From the sequence record SRR9188677_85: a stretch of DNA of 64,000 nt, one strand, 5' to 3'. The position numbers were made by a program, and so were the translations under genes. The notes below the pieces were generated by a model. The model ran no database searches. It was not told where the DNA came from and saw only the letters and a list, made by a program, of their open reading frames with translations. Shown here piece after piece: positions 17,348-27,637 of the stretch (its first letter is position 1; every line of letters starts with the position of its first letter).

Positions 17348-20314
17348 TCATCCACCCACCTGAAACGCCTCCAAGTGCTTCCTGAAAATAGCCTCATACC
17401 TATCAGCAACCAGATCTTGTTTTGCCTTCCTGCAAGCCTGCGTAATGGTTTGTAAAATATAAAGATCCGCATTCACATTTCTGCTTCGCGACAATCCGTT
17501 TTCCTTGGCAAAAGTCAGGTTTTCATCAGAACGTAGCGCCATGGTTTTGGCAGAATCCAAAGCCTTTTTGTTTTCACCAACTTCAAAAAGCATATCAACA
17601 AATCCTGCTGAAAACTGGTCGTAAGGGATGGTATCATCCGGCATTACCGTCATCGCTTTGTTCAGAACGTTTTTGGCTTTTTCTTTTTTATTTTCGGTCA
17701 GCAACTGATCCGCCAATCTTAAAAAAGCGATTCGGGCAGAAGCAACCGGGGAACCTTTGTATGTGTCGTCGTAGTAGGTTTTTGGATTGTTCAATTCCCG
17801 CCAGTACATCTTATTCATCACATTGTCGTACATCAGATCCGAGTTGACATAACCGTCCGTAGCGCCTGGAACCTTAACAGGCAGCAATCGATATACATAG
17901 CCTTCCAGCTGCAAATATTCACTGAGTCCCAGATTGTTGGTACTTCCCATGGTAGACGAAAAATAAACCGGACGCTTCCAGTTGTTAGAAGCAATGACGT
18001 CCAGCATCACCAGATCACCTTTAAACAAATCCTTCTGTCCGATATTCCAGCTCATGGAGTCACTGAGGTATGGAGTCAGATCACTTTTTATGATATTCAT
18101 CTTCTTAATTGCATCTGTATTTACAGGCAAAAACAAATTGGAAGATGGTAGTATGGAAGTCAAATCGCCGCTCGTCAGCGGAACCTGAATCGCCTTGTTA
18201 TCCTGCTGGATCAGTTCCAGGTACTCTTTCAAATTGATTCCGTTTTTCACCGAAGCGATTTCATAAAAAGGCACGTAATCATTTTTGCCGGCGGCATAAT
18301 GATTTGTATCGAGTGAGAAAGGAAGACCGTCCGATTTGTTTATTTTACGTTTGAGCTGATCAATATACCAATCCGCTCCGAGGAAAGTTTGCACACAAAC
18401 GCGCACATCCGTTCGGAAACCTTCTACTTCCTGCACGTACCAAAGCGGAAAAGTATCATTGTCCCCACCAGTGAAAAGAATAGCGTTTGGCGCACAGGCG
18501 CTTAAGATGTTTCTTGCAAAATCCACCGAGTGATACCTGTTGCTGCGGTCATGATTATCCCAACCTTTTACCACAAGAATAAGCGGTACTGTCAATCCCA
18601 TTGCCGTTGCCATTACCGCTCTGGCCTGCGTATTTTTTATGATTTTGGCCAAACCGTCAGCAACTGCAATTACACCAAATCCGATCCAGATACAGAAAAT
18701 GTAAAACGAGCCGACATAAATGTAATCCCGTTCCCTCGGCTCTGTTGGCGGCGAATTGAGGTAAACGACAAGTGCAACGCCCGTTAATGCGAACAACAAG
18801 CCCAGTACCAAAAGGTCACGTTGTCTGCGGAAGTAAAGAAATGTAATTCCTAAAAGGCCAAGCAAGAATGGCAGCATCAGGAAATTGTTATGCGCCTTAT
18901 TATTTGAAATAGAGGAGGGGTATTTTTTTACGGCATCCCATGGAGTCAATGCACCTGCACCTTCTTCGTCGCTTTCGCGTCCGACAAAATTCCAAAGGAA
19001 ATACCTCCAGTACATATGCCCCAGTTGATGGGAAAACATGTAGGAAAGGTTTTGCACCATATTCGGTTTTGCACCTTCGGCAAGTCCTGTCATTTGCTGG
19101 TATAATTTCGGATGACCGGGTTGATTGCTATACATCCGGGGCAGGAGCATTTTACTTCCCTGTTCATATTCAAGCTCTTGCCGGTAATCGGAGATCACGT
19201 ACTTGCCATCTTTCTGACGGTAAACAGAAGCTCCGCGTTTCTGACTGATGGCCCGGGAAGTAAAAGACGGTCCGTATAGAAGCGGGCGGCTTTCATACTG
19301 CTCTCGTTTTAAATATGAAACAAACCGCATGACGTCGCTTGGGTTATTTTCGTTAATCGGCGGGTTGTAACCGGAGCGCACCAACACCATAATGTATGAC
19401 GAATAGCCAACCAAAACGAAAGCAAAGGACAGTAAGACTGTGTTGAGAATTACCTTTTGTTGCTGGTGAGAAAACCGTATTCCCCAACAAAGTGAACCGA
19501 TAAAAAGAATGATAAAAACGATTATTCCGGATTTATAGGGCAAGCCAAATGTATTGACAAAAAACACTTCAAACTTGCCGGCCATGTCGGGTAATCCGGG
19601 GATAATTCCTGAATTAATGATTCCCAAAATTCCCAGCCCACTCAAAAAAGCCATGCATCCGCCCAGGAAAGTCGGTTTCTGGTACTTTTTGAAATAATAT
19701 ACCAAAGCTAACGCCGGAATTGTTACCAGATTCAATAAATGAACACCAATGGAAAGTCCGACCAGGTAAGCTGTAAAAATAAGCCAGCGATTTTCCAAAG
19801 CCGGATTTTCAATTCGCTCCCATTTGAAAACTGCCCAGATTACGATGGCCGTAAAAAATGACGACGTACCATATACTTCCGCTTCAACTGCCGAAAACCA
19901 GAAGGAATCCGACCACGCGTATGCAAGCGCCCCAGCTACTCCCGAGGCAAGAATCAAAATAGTTTCGGCTGTACGGTATTCGCCATTCGTTTTAACGATC
20001 AATTTTCTGGCAAGAAGCGTAATTGTCCAGAAAAGAAAGAGAATCGTGAACGCGCTGCTTAATACAGAAACCATATTGACCCAATAGGCCACTTTTGTCA
20101 ATTCACCGAGAGCAAGCAATGAAAAAACCCTTCCAATCAATAAAAAAAGCGGAGCGCCGGGTGGGTGCGGAACCTGCAATTTGAACGCAGCCGCAATGAA
20201 TTCACCGCAATCCCAGAAACTAGCGGTTTGTTCAATTGTGGAAACGTAGGTTCCCAGTGCGATGCTAAAAACCGCCCAACCGGTAATATTGTTAAGTCTG
20301 GTAAAATTTTTCAT
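17348..20314 (-). CDS. DUF2723 / GT117 (TMEM260-like) multi-pass membrane glycosyltransferase
   Basis: ASFWDCGEFI, VPHPPGAP, AVEAEVY, PRERDY, GDNDTFPLWY; many TM segments. Confidence 0.9.
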   Translation of the reverse strand: MKNFTRLNNITGWAVFSIALGTYVSTIEQTASFWDCGEFIAAAFKLQVPHPPGAPLFLLIGRVFSLLALGELTKVAYWVNMVSVLSSAFTILFLFWTITLLARKLIVKTNGEYRTAETILILASGVAGALAYAWSDSFWFSAVEAEVYGTSSFFTAIVIWAVFKWERIENPALENRWLIFTAYLVGLSIGVHLLNLVTIPALALVYYFKKYQKPTFLGGCMAFLSGLGILGIINSGIIPGLPDMAGKFEVFFVNTFGLPYKSGIIVFIILFIGSLCWGIRFSHQQQKVILNTVLLSFAFVLVGYSSYIMVLVRSGYNPPINENNPSDVMRFVSYLKREQYESRPLLYGPSFTSRAISQKRGASVYRQKDGKYVISDYRQELEYEQGSKMLLPRMYSNQPGHPKLYQQMTGLAEGAKPNMVQNLSYMFSHQLGHMYWRYFLWNFVGRESDEEGAGALTPWDAVKKYPSSISNNKAHNNFLMLPFLLGLLGITFLYFRRQRDLLVLGLLFALTGVALVVYLNSPPTEPRERDYIYVGSFYIFCIWIGFGVIAVADGLAKIIKNTQARAVMATAMGLTVPLILVVKGWDNHDRSNRYHSVDFARNILSACAPNAILFTGGDNDTFPLWYVQEVEGFRTDVRVCVQTFLGADWYIDQLKRKINKSDGLPFSLDTNHYAAGKNDYVPFYEIASVKNGINLKEYLELIQQDNKAIQVPLTSGDLTSILPSSNLFLPVNTDAIKKMNIIKSDLTPYLSDSMSWNIGQKDLFKGDLVMLDVIASNNWKRPVYFSSTMGSTNNLGLSEYLQLEGYVYRLLPVKVPGATDGYVNSDLMYDNVMNKMYWRELNNPKTYYDDTYKGSPVASARIAFLRLADQLLTENKKEKAKNVLNKAMTVMPDDTIPYDQFSAGFVDMLFEVGENKKALDSAKTMALRSDENLTFAKENGLSRSRNVNADLYILQTITQACRKAKQDLVADRYEAIFRKHLEAFQVGG

Positions 20315-20537
20315 GATTAGTTAAAGGTTAATGTCTTCGCTTGGTTGCGTTTGGCAAAAGTATTTAACCGGCATCTTTTGGGTTGGGTGGTAAGTCTTAA
20401 AAAAAGTTAAGCAAGAGCGTCGGCGTTATGGGTTTAACTTTCTTTAACAACAGTGTCGTTTTTTTGCACTAATTGAAAGCACTTTAAGTACAAATCCTTC
20501 CGGATATTACTTTATGTATTATATCAATACTTGAAAT

Positions 20538-22835
20538 ATGTTCTGGAAAATTCTCCTACTTCTTTGTTTGGTTTCCCTACAAGCAATTGCACAGAAAACA
20601 ACCAAAAATTTGAGGTTCAATACACTTATCTCCGGTTCTGAAATAGCCTGGCAGTTTGGCGATTTAACAGATGCGTCTTCAAAATATGGGCCGTTTAAAA
20701 TTGTTGGGAACGGAGTTGAAACGAATGTTCCGATTGCAGAAAAACAGGCATTTCAAAGCGCAGATCCCGATGGGAAAGCTGTTGAATTTAATGGCAAAGG
20801 CTGGCTTTCACTTGATGAGTCAAAAGCCTTGCCTGTTCCATCAGGAAACAATTTCACATTTGCTTTAAGAGTCAAACCAGTAAAATCCGGCGGACTTATC
20901 CGAACCAATAAATGTGCTTTGGTTTTGCACGAAAGTGGTTTGGTTACCGCTATTATTCCAGCTACAGACAGTATAGGAACATTGTTTCGGGAATTTCCTT
21001 TGGCTCCCATCCGGTTGAACGAATGGATTGACCTCGTATTCAGATTTGAAAAGGGGAAAATGGATTTTATTGTAAACGGTATAAAAACCAATTCGATTTC
21101 CATTACAGAAAGCATTCTGCCAATTTATTCAGAACCCTTACTAATAGAATCATGGCGAATGGAAGAACCAGAAAATGCAGGTCTTCCGCAACCGGCAAAG
21201 AACTGGCTATATGAACGCCCTTTCACCGGACAAATGGATTATGTGGCGATATGGAACCGGTTTTTAACGGACAATGAAGTTTCGGTTTTGAGCAATGTTT
21301 CTCACATTAAAGAGAAAATAAATCAGACAGATTCACAGAAAGCTTTAACAAATTATATAAACTTTCACGATGCTTCAAGAAGAAAGGACACTGCGTTGGT
21401 TGAGAAACTGGGTCTGGAAATGCGGGCCTTTATGGCACGTGATCCGAAGCGGCCGATATACCATTTGACGGCCCCAATGGATGGCTTGTTTGATCCGGCC
21501 GGAGCCTTTTATTACAAGGGGCAGTATCATGTTTTCAGTTATCGCAACATGATCTCCTTGCTCGCAAACAATCCTTTGACACACTATGTAAGTGATGATC
21601 TCATTCATTGGAAAGACCGTCCTATTGCTGTGTGGCCAGATACTGAGCTCGATGTCAAAGGGATTTGGCTTGGTAATATGTTGTATGATAATCAAAAGAC
21701 ACCGTCTATGCTGTACACTTCGCTGGGGAAAAAAGGAAAAATCGGGGTTTTGGCAAAAAGTCATGACGACTTGATTTCCTTCGGCGATAAGAAACCGGTT
21801 ATTACTCACATGGCTCACCATGATGGACATTCCTGGAAAGAGGGCGACACGTGGTATTCAATCACCACAAAACAATATTGGGGAAACTTACATGGAAAAA
21901 CCGGCGATGGGATTTTACTGCTATCATCGTCCGATTTGATTAATTGGAAAGAAGAAGGCGAAATCTTCAACGTTCCTAGGGTTCCCAAACCCGCTGATGA
22001 TAATCAGAAAAATGGATTAGCCGAATTCCCTTATTTGCTGCCTTTTGGCGATAAACATGTATTGATGATAGGTACCAGACCTGTCCGCTATTGGATCGGA
22101 ACCTTTGATAAAACCAAACCGTCGTTTATTCCAGAGGAATCGCAAGGGAAGTTGCTGGATTTTCTCAACAATTTTTACTGTTTCAATCCATCTGCCGTTG
22201 ATTTCAAAGGTCCTCTCGGAGTCGAGAGAAGAATTGTAATGGGCATGAATATCAATGCTATGGGTCAGGCAGACGGCATTCCCTGGTTTGGTGTACACGT
22301 GCTTCCAAGGGTGATTTCGAGAGAGGGAAACAGGCTTATTCAGGAGCCTGTTCCGGAAGCTGAAATGCTGAGAGGAAAGCATTTTCATCAGGGTCAAACA
22401 ACGATCACAAACGGAGGTAGCGGCTTTATCAAGGGCATTAAAGGAGATGCGCTGGAAATTATTGCTGAATTTCAGCCAGGTTCGGCTAGCAGATTTGGCC
22501 TAAAGGTGCGTGTTTCCGAAGATGGCAAATCATCAACGAAGGTTTATTTTGACGTAGCAACAAATCAGATTGGCGCCATTGGGAATTTGAAAATAACGTC
22601 CCCTTATCCTGAGATTGGAGAAGCGACATCGTATTTAAAGGCTGGACAGCCGGTGAAGATGAGAGTATTCCTGGACCGTTCATTGCTCGAAGTTTTTGTA
22701 AATGGACATGCGGGAAGCGGTGTTTTTACCACCGATCCGTCGGCAATCGGGATTGATTTGTTCAGTGAGGGTGGGGACGCAGTCCTTACTTCGCTGGATG
22801 CCTGGGAAATGAAGGGTATCTGGACCGAACGGTAA
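20538..22835 (+). CDS. Exported GH32-like glycoside hydrolase with N-terminal LamG/ConA domain
   Basis: Signal peptide; FTGQMDYVAIWNRFL (LamG); RPIYHLTAP..DP, SDDLIHWK, LPR, RVFLDRSLLEVFVN (GH32 and its C-terminal sandwich). Confidence 0.85.
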   Translation: MFWKILLLLCLVSLQAIAQKTTKNLRFNTLISGSEIAWQFGDLTDASSKYGPFKIVGNGVETNVPIAEKQAFQSADPDGKAVEFNGKGWLSLDESKALPVPSGNNFTFALRVKPVKSGGLIRTNKCALVLHESGLVTAIIPATDSIGTLFREFPLAPIRLNEWIDLVFRFEKGKMDFIVNGIKTNSISITESILPIYSEPLLIESWRMEEPENAGLPQPAKNWLYERPFTGQMDYVAIWNRFLTDNEVSVLSNVSHIKEKINQTDSQKALTNYINFHDASRRKDTALVEKLGLEMRAFMARDPKRPIYHLTAPMDGLFDPAGAFYYKGQYHVFSYRNMISLLANNPLTHYVSDDLIHWKDRPIAVWPDTELDVKGIWLGNMLYDNQKTPSMLYTSLGKKGKIGVLAKSHDDLISFGDKKPVITHMAHHDGHSWKEGDTWYSITTKQYWGNLHGKTGDGILLLSSSDLINWKEEGEIFNVPRVPKPADDNQKNGLAEFPYLLPFGDKHVLMIGTRPVRYWIGTFDKTKPSFIPEESQGKLLDFLNNFYCFNPSAVDFKGPLGVERRIVMGMNINAMGQADGIPWFGVHVLPRVISREGNRLIQEPVPEAEMLRGKHFHQGQTTITNGGSGFIKGIKGDALEIIAEFQPGSASRFGLKVRVSEDGKSSTKVYFDVATNQIGAIGNLKITSPYPEIGEATSYLKAGQPVKMRVFLDRSLLEVFVNGHAGSGVFTTDPSAIGIDLFSEGGDAVLTSLDAWEMKGIWTER

Positions 22836-22981
22836 GGGCTTTTTTTATGATATCCTGAAGATGAAGAGGTCAGGTAAGGACTTGTATGCGATGAAATCAG
22901 TCGGGTGTGGTGATAATTTGAATGTTCATCGAATTTTGACAATAAATCCGTAAATTAATCAATTATTTAAACTCCTCCGAT

Positions 22982-23623
22982 ATGAAATCTTCAACAGAAA
23001 AAAGCGAGCTTCTTTCTAAACTACCAATTGCCTTTATAGAGCCGGGCCTTAAGCAGGAGATGATCACTTTTGGGAAATTTATGACGGTAAAAAAAGGGGA
23101 TACGATTGTGAGTGAAGGGCAGTATCTGGATTTTTTACCGATCGTTATTAAGGGTGAAATAAGGGTATTTCAAATGAAAGATGACAGGGAAATTTTGCTT
23201 TACTATGTCCGGGAAGGCCAAACTTGCATGATGTCACTTTCAGCGGCATATTTCAGGAACAACAGTGCATCTTACGGTGTAGCAGCTGAACCCTCCGAAA
23301 TTTTTGTCTTCCCAACCAAACTTGTAAATGAATGGCAGCTTAAATATCCGTCCTGGAATGCATTTCTGATCCAGACTTTTTATAGCCGTTATGAGGAATT
23401 GCTCAGTGCGTTTGAGAGTGTAGCATTTGATACTGTGGAGCAACGTTTAATGGCATATCTGACCAATAGAATCAGGAAAGATAGCAACAAGAAGATAACC
23501 GTTTCCCATCAAAGCCTTGCGTCCGAACTTGGGACGTCGAGGGTTGTGGTATCACGAATTTTGAAAGGGTTCGAACAGCAGGGCAAGCTGCAACTGTTCA
23601 GGGGTTACTTACTTTTTAAATAA
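22982..23623 (+). CDS. Crp/Fnr family transcriptional regulator
   Basis: REILLYYV..GQTC, SHQSLASELGTSRVVVSRILK. Confidence 0.93.
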   Translation: MKSSTEKSELLSKLPIAFIEPGLKQEMITFGKFMTVKKGDTIVSEGQYLDFLPIVIKGEIRVFQMKDDREILLYYVREGQTCMMSLSAAYFRNNSASYGVAAEPSEIFVFPTKLVNEWQLKYPSWNAFLIQTFYSRYEELLSAFESVAFDTVEQRLMAYLTNRIRKDSNKKITVSHQSLASELGTSRVVVSRILKGFEQQGKLQLFRGYLLFK

Positions 23624-23636
23624 ATATTTTGGGTTG

Positions 23637-23652
23637 TGTAACTTTTGTTACA
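23637..23652. promoter_or_regulatory. Crp/Fnr-type palindrome TGTAAC-N4-GTTACA
   Basis: Perfect palindrome between the regulator and the dsrE-like gene. Confidence 0.7.
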
Positions 23653-23701
23653 AACAGACTCGAGTAGCAGAAGATATCTTTGGATAACTAAAAATGATCC
23701 A

Positions 23702-24148
23702 ATGAAACAGCTATTAATTACAATCCTCATTGTGTTTTTATCTATTGGGTTTTCTCTTGCTCAGTCCAACATCAATCCTTCTCCAAAAATGAAATTCCTC
23801 GTACATGTAACGCACGGACCGGAAGATACTACGGTTGCCGCGCTTGCTTTTTTGGTTGCCAGAACAGCCCTGGAAGAGGGGCACACGGTCAGCATCTTTC
23901 TTGCCGGAGATGCAGTAAAGCTGCTCCAGGAATCTACGCTTAACGAATTGACAGGCCTCGGTACGGGCAAGCTTCGGGAGCATTATGACGCAATTGTGAA
24001 GGCGAAAGGGCGTTTCTACTTATCAGGAAACTCATCAAAGGCCCGCAATGTGACGAGCACTGATCTGGACGGAAAACCTGCCGAATTTGCACTTCCAACT
24101 GTCCTGGTGAAACTCGCCGCCGAAAGCGACCGGATGTTCACATATTAA
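23702..24148 (+). CDS. Exported DsrE/DsrF family protein
   Basis: Signal peptide; HGPED, A.TALEEGHTVSIFLAGDAV; start moved to ATG 23702. Confidence 0.85.
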   Translation: MKQLLITILIVFLSIGFSLAQSNINPSPKMKFLVHVTHGPEDTTVAALAFLVARTALEEGHTVSIFLAGDAVKLLQESTLNELTGLGTGKLREHYDAIVKAKGRFYLSGNSSKARNVTSTDLDGKPAEFALPTVLVKLAAESDRMFTY

Positions 24149-24209
24149 GCACCCAGCGTCTTGATTTTAACCACTTAATATTATCAATCCATTTAAAATT
24201 TCCATTCAG

Positions 24210-24383
24210 ATGAAAAAATTATTTTGCCGGGATGCCGGTTTTGATTGCGAAGGAGTTATCACGGCATCCACAGACGAGGAGGTGCTGAAAGGTGCGGCAG
24301 ATCACGCATTGGCTGTTCATCATGTACAAGTTACACCCGAAATGGCCGAGCAGATCAAAACGTTGATTATCGACGAAAGCTAG
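24210..24383 (+). CDS. DUF1059 small metal-binding protein (57 aa)
   Basis: MKKLFCRDAGFDCEGVITASTDEEVLKGAADHALAVH: C-x6-C...H-x4-H; absent from the ORF track. Confidence 0.85.
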   Translation: MKKLFCRDAGFDCEGVITASTDEEVLKGAADHALAVHHVQVTPEMAEQIKTLIIDES

Positions 24384-24561
24384 CAGGTTAAGAATGTATT
24401 GAGCAAAACTGCTTTCTAAACTGCACTGGTCATTTGGTTAAATGTTTAACGCGGAGGATAGGAGTGGCAGGCGCGGAGAGCGCGGAGTTTAGAGGTAATG
24501 TGTAGAACAGTTATCAATGCAACCGTGGCTTCGCATTTTTCGTTGTGGCCGGGACTTTCCG

Positions 24562-25212
24562 CTACTCTTCTTTCTGATACTCTTTTATCTGATCCAGCAG
24601 CTCCATGGATTTCATTACCGGATACCACTCTTTTCCGTTGAAGATCACGGAAAACCATCTTTGGTTTCGGTTTTCGTATTTGATATTGAAAAATAGCCAG
24701 ATCGCCAGATAAGTGAATGAAAATGTTATAACTGCGTTGATGAGCCAGTAGGCTAAGTTTTCACTTACAGTTAAATTTTTGTTAAGATAAAAAGTTGTCC
24801 AAACCGGAAGCTGGAGGAAAAGGATCCGCGCTATCCAGATCGTCGAGGCTTTCAGAGCAGCTAGCTTTTCTTGCGTTTTGATGATTGATTCGCTGATGTC
24901 AACCTGGTGAATAATGATGATCTGATATAAATAAATACCAATCGCAAGTTTATTTAGCAGCGTCAGAATAATGGCAGAAACCAGAAAGAATGGGCTAGCT
25001 ATGTGAAACAAATTAATAATTAAAACGTCTAAAAAAGCGACCCAAAGAAAGCCAGTGATCAGCGTAAATATTTTGATGGTTTTCATCGAAGCTATCAACG
25101 ATTGAACCTTCATTTTCGTAATTTCCTGTGCATTGATTTTATTTAGCAGTAGGCTCTCTTCCAGCTTTTTGTCGTAAGATATCCAAATATTTAAAAGTTC
25201 TGTGTCTTCCAT
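24562..25212 (-). CDS. Multi-pass membrane protein, putative anti-sigma factor
   Basis: Directly downstream of an ECF sigma; EL..IW N-terminus; four TM segments. Confidence 0.65.
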   Translation of the reverse strand: MEDTELLNIWISYDKKLEESLLLNKINAQEITKMKVQSLIASMKTIKIFTLITGFLWVAFLDVLIINLFHIASPFFLVSAIILTLLNKLAIGIYLYQIIIIHQVDISESIIKTQEKLAALKASTIWIARILFLQLPVWTTFYLNKNLTVSENLAYWLINAVITFSFTYLAIWLFFNIKYENRNQRWFSVIFNGKEWYPVMKSMELLDQIKEYQKEE

Positions 25213-25215
25213 TTG

Positions 25216-25725
25216 TCAAGATCTGATGGTTGAAAATTTTTGTTTTAGCCGTTCTTTTATTCTGGAAATTTTGGTTGAAACATTGGTAGAAGAGAGGCCC
25301 AGAATTTCAGCCGTTTCCTGCTGACTGTTTCCATCCAGATAAAGCAGGATAATTGCTCGGTCAATTTCTTTGAGTTCTTTTATGAACGCGTTTAGAAGCG
25401 TCAGTTCCGCATTCAAATCTTCGCCAGTTTCGTCATGGGAAAGATAGATAAGGTCATCCTGCAAAGGCTGATTTATTCGGTCGCGGCGATGTTCTTTTCT
25501 GTAAAACGAAATGGAAACGTTTAGAGCAATACGGTACATCCAGGTCGTCAGCCTGAACGTTTCATCGTACTTAGCAAACGACAACCAAAGCTGAATAAGA
25601 ATTTCCTGAATCAGATCTTTCCTGTTTTCGTCGTCTCTGCAATAGGCATTAGCTACTTTGTAAATGATACCCTTATTTGCTTCGATGACAGCCAGGAAAG
25701 TGGTTGAATCGCTGGTTAAAGACAT
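25216..25725 (-). CDS. ECF RNA polymerase sigma factor
   Basis: KDLIQEILIQLW, TTWMYRIALN, AEILGLSSTNVSTKISRIK. Confidence 0.95.
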   Translation of the reverse strand: MSLTSDSTTFLAVIEANKGIIYKVANAYCRDDENRKDLIQEILIQLWLSFAKYDETFRLTTWMYRIALNVSISFYRKEHRRDRINQPLQDDLIYLSHDETGEDLNAELTLLNAFIKELKEIDRAIILLYLDGNSQQETAEILGLSSTNVSTKISRIKERLKQKFSTIRS

Positions 25726-25827
25726 TTCGGCTGTGATTGAGGATTGCTCAAACGCACCATTTCAACCGATTCCCTTCCGAATACGATTTGATTTCGCATG
25801 TTGTTAATGTTGGATTATGTTGCCCAA

Positions 25828-25856
25828 TTATTCGCATGAGGTAGCGGGATGTCACA
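25828..25856 (-). promoter_or_regulatory. Putative autoregulatory ECF promoter TGTGAC-N16-CGAATA
   Basis: Minus strand tgtgac atcccgctacctcatg cgaata, about 100 bp upstream of the sigma gene. Confidence 0.4.
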
Positions 25857-25925
25857 AAGAATTCGAAAATCTTTCAAACTGATTGTAGCCGAGGTAGTTT
25901 TTGCTAATATCTGGTCTTAAAAATT

Positions 25926-26423
25926 TTACTTGATGTTTTGATATTTCACATCAGCCAATACGACGGAAGTTTCTACCTGTCGTTCGGGGATATTCCAATA
26001 CTTGCGAAGCAACATGTTCTTTTGTTCTTCCGGCACAACATGAAATCCATGCTTTTCGTAGAAGGTTACAGCCCAATGTGCCGCCTTCCAGGTTCCGATC
26101 AAAATTGGCTTTTCTGATCTTTCCAGCAGCGATTCAAGTAATAAAGTTCCGATTCCTTTCTTTCTTTGACTTGTCGCCACATACGCATGGCGGATCAGGT
26201 CCACATCTCCTCTATCCTGAATTCCCATTACGCCAACAACCTCATTATCTTCTACATAACAATAAAATTGAACACCTTCCCCGATTTGCGTCCTTAGTTC
26301 TTCTTTGTCCATGTATGGCTCATGCCACCTGTCTGCCGGAATGATTCCCTTGTATGCGATAGAAGCGTCATTGATAATTTCGTAGATTTTGTTGAAATCG
26401 GCTTGGGTTGCCTGGCGGATCAT
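25926..26423 (-). CDS. GNAT family N-acetyltransferase
   Basis: QRKKGIGTLL acetyl-CoA motif; AVTFYEKHGF. Confidence 0.92.
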   Translation of the reverse strand: MIRQATQADFNKIYEIINDASIAYKGIIPADRWHEPYMDKEELRTQIGEGVQFYCYVEDNEVVGVMGIQDRGDVDLIRHAYVATSQRKKGIGTLLLESLLERSEKPILIGTWKAAHWAVTFYEKHGFHVVPEEQKNMLLRKYWNIPERQVETSVVLADVKYQNIK

Positions 26424-26465
26424 TTTGAATAAATTTTTAAATTAAATCTGGCTTTCTGGTCAATT

Positions 26466-27413
26466 TCAAAGCCCCAACCTATCCATAGCTGCCTTTTCGT
26501 ATTCCCCATCTTCTGCCGGGTATCGCAGTACTTTTTCAAACTTACCGGACTGCTTCGCCAGTGCCCAGATCAGACTTTCACCTGCAGGAATATTGTTTGG
26601 CACTTCGTTGTAAATTTTGTCTTCATAAGCTCTATCAGCGTCCATAATCTCCCAGCCGTTTGCTTTAAAATGCTGTACCAATTCATCCAGAAAAAGCGCT
26701 GCTGCCAGATTATGATGTAGCAAGATCACATGATTAATCCGCCTGTTTGTAAGCTGAAACGCAAGAGAATCATAAAATTGAGCCCGGTTAAACAGATGTT
26801 TTTTGTAATAATCTCTAAACCCGGAGACATCGGACTTTGGGTTTTCTTTGAGACGTTTAACCAGTCTTCCATGAATATACCAATCAGAAGCATCGATCGA
26901 TACATGTCCGTTTTTATAACCTTTTAGCTTCATAAACGCCCTGAAACCATCCACTTTTTCTTTTGTATTTCCTTCTTTCAAATAGGGAAATCTGAAATAG
27001 GGAAGGTAGTTTGTGTAGCTCGTTATTATCTTATCATTGTTGATTAATTCATTCTTAAAGTCTTCCAGACTTATTTTATCACTGTTAAAATTTGGGTGGG
27101 ACACAGTATGGTTTGCAATGAAATGTCCGGCATCATTCCAGGATGACAATAAGTATTTGCCTTTTTCATTTGTCTTATTGGCTCCCGACGAAAATAGAAT
27201 GGCTTTCAACTCATGTTTTTTCAAATTATCCAGCAATAACTGATTCCAGACATTTAATTTATATTCACCGATATCGTCAATGGAACCGTCGTCGAATGTG
27301 AAGGCTATTTTTGGTTTTACAGTGTTTTTCTGTTGGACTTCGGTTTTGTTTGTAAAGGAAAATGTCAATGCGAGAATTGAAGCAATGAATAGGAAGATGA
27401 GTGTTTTTATCAT
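26466..27413 (-). CDS. Exported polysaccharide deacetylase (NodB/CE4)
   Basis: TFDDG, NHTVSH, FRFPY, ILLH motifs; signal peptide. Confidence 0.92.
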   Translation of the reverse strand: MIKTLIFLFIASILALTFSFTNKTEVQQKNTVKPKIAFTFDDGSIDDIGEYKLNVWNQLLLDNLKKHELKAILFSSGANKTNEKGKYLLSSWNDAGHFIANHTVSHPNFNSDKISLEDFKNELINNDKIITSYTNYLPYFRFPYLKEGNTKEKVDGFRAFMKLKGYKNGHVSIDASDWYIHGRLVKRLKENPKSDVSGFRDYYKKHLFNRAQFYDSLAFQLTNRRINHVILLHHNLAAALFLDELVQHFKANGWEIMDADRAYEDKIYNEVPNNIPAGESLIWALAKQSGKFEKVLRYPAEDGEYEKAAMDRLGL

Positions 27414-27637
27414 AAGTTCTTGGATGCGATTTTTTTTGCTAGCATTACTTCTAAAATGCGTTGGTGTAACTCTTGCATGTCGCCGTGTTTTGGTTCAAGT
27501 TGGCTGCCATTATATTGTTTTATCTGTTGCTATATGCTCATGAATTATAAGTTGTCTTGTCGCTGATAAATGCTTGCTTATGCGTCGGCATTTGTGTTCG
27601 CCCAGAATAACAACGAAGCCATATAACCGAACCGCCA

